Shown in pieces: positions 16,396-20,000 of a stretch of DNA of 20,000 bases; position 1 is the first letter of the stretch, and each line of letters begins with the position of its first letter. The notes under the pieces were generated by a model. The model was not told the DNA's origin. It worked only from the letters and a program-made list of their open reading frames with translations, and searched no databases. A program made the position numbers and the translations under genes. Source of the DNA: an uncultured virus (IMG/VR IMGVR_UViG_3300025018_002258) (lineage: Duplodnaviria; Heunggongvirae; Uroviricota; Caudoviricetes); IMG/VR virus record IMGVR_UViG_3300025018_002258; one strand, written 5' to 3'.

Positions 16396-16521
16396 ATGGA
16401 CACTTTGCCCCTTGAGACGAAGATCATCCTGGCTCAACTCGCCAGCAAGACCGGAACGACGGTGGACAAGCTCACCAGCGCTGCCGTGACCAAGCTCTTG
16501 CCTTCTGACGAAAAGATGTGA
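16396..16521 (+). CDS. Small hypothetical protein (41 aa)
   Basis: AAGG upstream; MDTLPLETKIILAQLASKTGTTVDKLTSAAVTKLLPSDEKM*; followed by a hairpin. Confidence 0.45.
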   Translation: MDTLPLETKIILAQLASKTGTTVDKLTSAAVTKLLPSDEKM

Positions 16522-16527
16522 GACCAT

Positions 16528-16564
16528 TGAAGATGGGGAGGCCCTTCGGGGTCTCCCCGCTTCA
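16528..16564 (+). terminator. Hairpin with cUUCGg tetraloop, probable terminator
   Basis: TGAAG..GGGGAGGCCC-TTCG-GGGTCTCCCC.CTTCA, then TATTT. Confidence 0.6.
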
Positions 16565-16581
16565 TATTTGAGGAGAAATCA

Positions 16582-16797
16582 ATGAAGCACATTATCAAAT
16601 TGGACAAGGAAGACATCAAGACCGGAAAGATGTTCGAAAACATTCAGATCGATTGCGCTGACGGGAACACCATCGTTGTTTTATCTCGTGATGCCGCAGA
16701 GGAGCTTCAGAAGGACCTGGAGGTTTTGCTGTCCGTCGAGGTGATTGAGGTCTCCCATGGGGACGCTGATGAAATCGGAGAAAATCACGATGACTGA
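16582..16797 (+). CDS. Hypothetical protein
   Basis: GAGGAG RBS; 71 aa. Confidence 0.75.
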   Translation: MKHIIKLDKEDIKTGKMFENIQIDCADGNTIVVLSRDAAEELQKDLEVLLSVEVIEVSHGDADEIGENHDD

Positions 16798-17035
16798 GAA
16801 AGAACAGCAAATAGTGGATGCCCTTGAGAGCTATGATGGCAAGATGGCCTTCCGAAGATGGTGGCTACCAAGACTCTATAAAAGCATGGCTCAAAAATGG
16901 TACGGAGTTGAGTTGTCGGAAAAAGAGTCTGAAGAGATAGCCGAAAAAGAATGTCAGCAGATTTACGAGAGAGACATGGATCTGGCAAACGAACTGATCG
17001 AATCTGCCTTTGAAGGAGAAGAGAATGCGGACTAA
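16790..17035 (+). CDS. Hypothetical protein
   Basis: GGAG before ATG 16790; overlaps the upstream stop. Confidence 0.7.
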   Translation: MTEKEQQIVDALESYDGKMAFRRWWLPRLYKSMAQKWYGVELSEKESEEIAEKECQQIYERDMDLANELIESAFEGEENAD

Positions 17036-17456
17036 CATTGGCATCAAAGAGGGCGGCAAGTACAAATATGACTATGACTCGGTTGATGAAGGCTTCTGCT
17101 CTATTAGTTGGGATATTAAAGGACAGAATGAAATCGTCAGAGTTGAAACCAAGATCTTCGTTACGTCTTGGGGATTAACATCCCCCCCGACACCTCTCTC
17201 TTGGGAAACGAAGATGATCACGGTAACGACATACCAGCCTCCGACGGGCAAGCTATATGATGTGAGCCATTACTATCATCGGCAGGAAATAATGGAAGAC
17301 CCCTTCCTGATGTCCCTGGCGGCTGAAGCCGAAAGCGTCCGTGCCGAAGGCGCATCCAAATTGAAGGCTGCCCAGCGAGAAGATAGCGAACTAGAACGAG
17401 TCGAGGCCAGATCTTTCCTGGAGCGCGTCAAGAAAGATCTAGAATTCTCGAAATAG
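17025..17456 (+). CDS. Hypothetical protein
   Basis: AAGGAG before ATG 17025; ends in TAG just before a promoter. Confidence 0.7.
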   Translation: MRTNIGIKEGGKYKYDYDSVDEGFCSISWDIKGQNEIVRVETKIFVTSWGLTSPPTPLSWETKMITVTTYQPPTGKLYDVSHYYHRQEIMEDPFLMSLAAEAESVRAEGASKLKAAQREDSELERVEARSFLERVKKDLEFSK

Positions 17457-17459
17457 GGC

Positions 17460-17488
17460 TTGACAGCCGAACCGAGGACTGGTATAAT
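17460..17488 (+). promoter_or_regulatory. Consensus sigma70 promoter upstream of tRNA-Glu; a second extended -10 (TGaTATAAT) lies at 17542-17550
   Basis: TTGACA 17460-17465, 17 nt, TGg-TATAAT (17483-17488). Confidence 0.85.
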
Positions 17489-17560
17489 AGGCAGTGTCAG
17501 GGAAGGAAAAGGGCCGAAGATAGTTCGGTTCCTCAAATTCCTGATATAATTGACAAACAT

Positions 17561-17643
17561 GGCGTCGTATGCAAACGGTTAAAGCGACTTGATTTTCATT
17601 CAAGTGCCATTGGGCTTTGCGGGTTCGAATCCTGTCGGCGCTA
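17561..17643 (+). tRNA. tRNA-Glu(TTC) with an unusually long variable region
   Basis: Acceptor GGCGTCG/CGGCGCT; anticodon arm CTTGA-TTTTCAT-TCAAG; T arm GCGGG-TTCGAAT-CCTGT; no encoded CCA. Confidence 0.8.
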
Positions 17644-17646
17644 TTA

Positions 17647-17682
17647 AAACCTCGCTCATCTAAGATGAGCGCGGTTTCTTTT
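17647..17682 (+). terminator. Rho-independent terminator
   Basis: AAACC.CGCTCATC-TAA-GATGAGCG.GGTTT followed by CTTTT. Confidence 0.7.
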
Positions 17683-17768
17683 CATAAGTTTGGCAGAAAT
17701 CAGTCAAGAACTCCAGTTTTGGCATACAATTAGCACAGAGAAGGTGAAGAAGTCTTCGGTGATCCTAT

Positions 17769-17850
17769 GCCGGGAATGCTCGATTGGCAGGAGCGCAAGT
17801 ATCATAAACTTGTTCATTAAGACGTGTGGGTTCGAGTCCCGCTCCCGGTA
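17769..17850 (+). tRNA. tRNA with CAT anticodon (Met or Ile2), atypical
   Basis: Acceptor GCCGGGA/TCCCGGT; D stem GCTC/GAGC; anticodon arm CAAGT-ATCATAA-ACTTG; T arm GTGGG-TTCGAGT-CCCGC; 13-nt variable region. Confidence 0.75.
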
Positions 17851-17860
17851 CTTTGGAGAC

Positions 17861-18037
17861 GTGAGAAGTAAGGGTCCGGCTGAGGGCAACAAGATCGTCG
17901 CCCAAAGCCTTGCTCAGAATCCGAACATCCTCAAGTGGCGTGAGTTGCAGAACCAACACGACGCTATCGCGAGATGGGACGGCAAGATGCCTCAGGTCAG
18001 CGGGGGGCCGATGCTGAACCTGACTCCGAACAAGTAA
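17861..18037 (+). pseudogene. C-terminal remnant of an SPFH/prohibitin-family gene
   Basis: AEGNKIVAQSL...ILKWRELQ...AIARWDGKMPQV resembles the phage band-7 protein tail; no N-terminal domain. Confidence 0.65.
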
Positions 18038-18137
18038 ACGCGACGGCAAGCCCCGGCTCTTCATTGGGCCTGGGCTTCGCCATATCCGGCCGCTCGACAG
18101 AGAATTGAAGATGGGGATGGGCAAGATCCGGGGTCAG

Positions 18138-18146
18138 TGGTATAAT
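18138..18146 (+). promoter_or_regulatory. Extended -10 promoter
   Basis: TGgTATAAT just upstream of GGAG and ATG 18164; poor -35. Confidence 0.55.
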
Positions 18147-18163
18147 GAGCGTGGAGATAGAGA

Positions 18164-18346
18164 ATGGCAGACAACAGCACAGGCGTAAGCATTACAATCT
18201 CGGCGAATTTGACGCTGGAGGAATTGGCAGACGTTCTGGTGGAGGAATTGGACACCGATTCCTTGCTGGAACTCTTTGAGGCCATCGAACAGCGGTCGGA
18301 GGAAGGTTTTGTCGAGAATCTTCGGCAGCGGCTGAAGGAAGAATAG
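18164..18346 (+). CDS. Small acidic hypothetical protein
   Basis: GGAG RBS and its own promoter. Confidence 0.7.
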   Translation: MADNSTGVSITISANLTLEELADVLVEELDTDSLLELFEAIEQRSEEGFVENLRQRLKEE

Positions 18347-18353
18347 AGCTATC

Positions 18354-18605
18354 ATGCCATCGCTATCCTTCATCGACCGTCAGGGTGAAATCAAAAAAAT
18401 CCAGGGGGATAGTTTTGTTCAAGACTATTTCGAGCTAACCGAAATAGCCAGATCGAAGGCAGAGTGGGCGGCGCGGGAGTTTTTGGACGATGATTCAGAG
18501 CAGACGATAGCAGAACTGACTAAGATTTACACCGAGAGCATGCATCGGGAACTAGGGATTAATGTCACAGACAGATTTCCTTATGATCTCGTAGAAAGGC
18601 ACTGA
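18354..18605 (+). CDS. Hypothetical protein
   Basis: 83-aa ORF in tandem. Confidence 0.65.
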   Translation: MPSLSFIDRQGEIKKIQGDSFVQDYFELTEIARSKAEWAAREFLDDDSEQTIAELTKIYTESMHRELGINVTDRFPYDLVERH

Positions 18606-18606
18606 A

Positions 18607-18924
18607 ATGCAACAATTGTGCGTCGGGCTATTCGGAACATGTGGAGGATCGACGTGGCGCAACAAGTTCATTGAGCGCTACAATAATGAAGACATCATGT
18701 TCTTCAATCCTCAAGTCGAAGAGTGGGATCCTTCAATGGCAGCCATCGAAGACTTGAAAGAGGCTGCTGCCGTTTACAATCAGATCGTCTGCCATTTTGA
18801 TTCTGTCAGTCGCAAAGTAATCCCAGAACTCTCTGATGTTGCCAAGGAATTGATCTCCGGTCAGAAGAATCCGGGAATTAGTCTCATATCTGAGACGGTA
18901 CTTGACAGTCCGGCTCCTTCGTGA
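18607..18924 (+). CDS. Nucleoside 2-deoxyribosyltransferase-like N-terminus, probably truncated or chimeric
   Basis: VGLFGTCGGSTWR...FFNPQVEEW motif; resemblance is lost after about residue 48. Confidence 0.55.
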   Translation: MQQLCVGLFGTCGGSTWRNKFIERYNNEDIMFFNPQVEEWDPSMAAIEDLKEAAAVYNQIVCHFDSVSRKVIPELSDVAKELISGQKNPGISLISETVLDSPAPS

Positions 18925-18930
18925 TATAAT
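18902..18930 (+). promoter_or_regulatory. Consensus sigma70 promoter for the tRNA-Ser pair
   Basis: TTGACA 18902-18907, 17 nt, TGa-TATAAT (18925-18930). Confidence 0.85.
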
Positions 18931-18937
18931 TGACGAT

Positions 18938-19025
18938 GGAGAAGTGACCGAGATGGCTTATGGAGCGCGACTGGAACTCGCGTGCAGTCGAAAGGCTGCC
19001 AGGGGTTCGAATCCCCTCTTCTCCG
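18938..19025 (+). tRNA. tRNA-Ser(GGA)
   Basis: Acceptor GGAGAAG/CTTCTCC, G73; anticodon arm CGCGA-CTGGAAC-TCGCG; long variable arm GCAGTC-GAAA-GGCTGC; T arm AGGGG-TTCGAAT-CCCCT. Confidence 0.95.
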
Positions 19026-19027
19026 TT

Positions 19028-19112
19028 GGAAGATTGCCAGAGTGGTAATGGGCTCGCCTCGAAAGTGATGGCCTCGGTGAAACGAGCAGAGGTTCGATTC
19101 CTCTATCTTCCG
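19028..19112 (+). tRNA. tRNA-Ser(CGA)
   Basis: Acceptor GGAAGAT/ATCTTCC, G73; loop CTCGAAA; variable arm CTCG/CGAG; T arm AGAGG-TTCGATT-CCTCT. Confidence 0.9.
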
Positions 19113-19136
19113 TCTAAATCCAGTGGAGGCATAGCT

Positions 19137-19538
19137 ATGAATAAGCTTTTCGTCATGTTGTTCTCTGTTTTGCTGGCTCTATTGCCAGCAACCGCGCAAA
19201 ATGGTCCAGAACCAGGATCGCCGACTGTGACTGCCAAAAGATACACGGTCATTCGTTTGAACTACGCATATGCTCCGGGGTTGGCGGTTTGCCTTGGTGG
19301 CCAAGGGTTGATGTACGGACAAATGGACCCTTGGGCGGGAGGCTTTGGCAATGGTTTTGGTAACAATAATCGTGGAGGCGGTTTTAGTAACGGTAGTTTT
19401 GGGGGCAATCGTGGTGGTTTTGGGAGCGATAATGATCGCGGCAATCGACGGGGCGGCTTCCAAGGTCGAAATGGATCCCGAGGACCTGGAAGAACATCTC
19501 GCGGTGGTGGTGATGGGTTCGGCCGGGGAATGAACTGA
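19137..19538 (+). CDS. Secreted protein: signal peptide plus Gly/Arg/Asn/Phe-rich low-complexity tail
   Basis: GGAGG RBS; MNKLFVMLFSVLLALLPATA-Q; GGFG/RGG repeats. Confidence 0.75.
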   Translation: MNKLFVMLFSVLLALLPATAQNGPEPGSPTVTAKRYTVIRLNYAYAPGLAVCLGGQGLMYGQMDPWAGGFGNGFGNNNRGGGFSNGSFGGNRGGFGSDNDRGNRRGGFQGRNGSRGPGRTSRGGGDGFGRGMN

Positions 19539-19546
19539 GATAGCGA

Positions 19547-20000
19547 ATGAATGGAATCTCATTAACCTCAGAAAAACCGATTTTAGAACCGGTGGATCTT
19601 GTTTTTCCGAGAGTCTTTTTATCGGTTGACAACCCGCAATTGGGGAAACTACCAAGATATCCAGGTATCTGCAATGAGTGCTTTATCGTTGCAAAGACGG
19701 GAATATCAAAGATATCCTCAGTCCAACATGGTGAGTTTCTTATCCCGACAACAGAGGCCCGAACAGCAGCCTTAAGAGGAGGACTGGAAGAAGCCATGGA
19801 AGAAGTCAGAAAACAAGAAAATAACGCCTTCCTAGATCTTCTAGAAGAGGCCACAAGGGGAATATCACCAAAATCCACGCCAGACATAAGATACGGTCAC
19901 TATTGGAGAAACCTGCTCATCAATGACAACTATCTAGGATCAATCGAAAACTGGGATATGCCAAATATCACCGTTCATGCCTCTCCCTCGGCTCCAGAAG
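19547..20000 (+). CDS. Partial hypothetical protein, possibly a diverged major-capsid-like paralog
   Basis: Open from ATG 19547 to the window end: MNGISLTSEKPILEPVDLVFPRVFLSVDNPQLGKLPRYP...EFLIPTTE...EEVRKQENNAFLDLLEEA. Confidence 0.6.
   Translation, partial: MNGISLTSEKPILEPVDLVFPRVFLSVDNPQLGKLPRYPGICNECFIVAKTGISKISSVQHGEFLIPTTEARTAALRGGLEEAMEEVRKQENNAFLDLLEEATRGISPKSTPDIRYGHYWRNLLINDNYLGSIENWDMPNITVHASPSAPE

Noticed and set aside
17593..17599. tRNA-Sec or opal suppressor reading of the long-arm tRNA (TCA within the loop)
   Set aside because: In the 7-nt loop TTTTCAT the central triplet is TTC; TCA is off-register, and the acceptor stem is 7 bp.
17690..17860. 5' part of the 115-aa ORF 17690..18037
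   Set aside because: Runs through the tRNA(CAT) gene; only the 3' SPFH-like part looks protein-like.
18960..19136. 5' extension of the 192-aa ORF
   Set aside because: Overlaps two tRNA-Ser genes; the real start is ATG 19137 with a GGAGG SD.
19340..19530. GGT/GGC-rich repeats as a CRISPR array or tandem repeat
   Set aside because: Glycine-codon low complexity; no constant repeat-spacer period.
74..19887. Minus-strand ORFs in the track
   Set aside because: They lie antisense to better-supported + strand genes or RNAs and show no recognisable motifs; all promoters found point +.
1..20000. Genome-wide TAG reassignment (genetic code 15) as the explanation for the in-frame ambers
   Set aside because: Long genes are intact under code 11, and TAG ends ordinary genes at 7026, 17456 and 18346.

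Overview
Early/accessory region of a large (jumbo-type) bacteriophage. Essentially all real genes are on the + strand, driven by repeated consensus sigma70 promoters (TTGACA-17-TATAAT). It holds the 3' end of an NAD-dependent DNA ligase fused to a macrodomain, two orphan adenine methyltransferases, a TnpB-only IS607-like insertion that splits a receiver-like gene, a DEDDh exonuclease, HNH, KTSC, metallophosphoesterase and ADP-ribosylglycohydrolase genes, four tRNAs plus a pseudo-tRNA, and many decayed gene fragments. The most striking feature was missed by the ORF track: a promoter-led operon at 8139-9016 with two successive ORFs, each with a good RBS and an in-frame amber (TAG) at codon 6 or 7. 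The first is a Pth2-like peptidyl-tRNA hydrolase (MLDRL*DSKHFFVVVRTD...). The second is a mini-ORF MLNVFL*GGRAPP..., where the amber directly precedes a RAPP ribosome-arrest motif upstream of an uncharacterised gene. This is a candidate stop-codon-readthrough-sensing translation-rescue system. A second candidate is a structured ncRNA (13541-13751) behind a DIP1984/DUF6847-like gene. All family assignments come from motif recognition by eye, not database searches.
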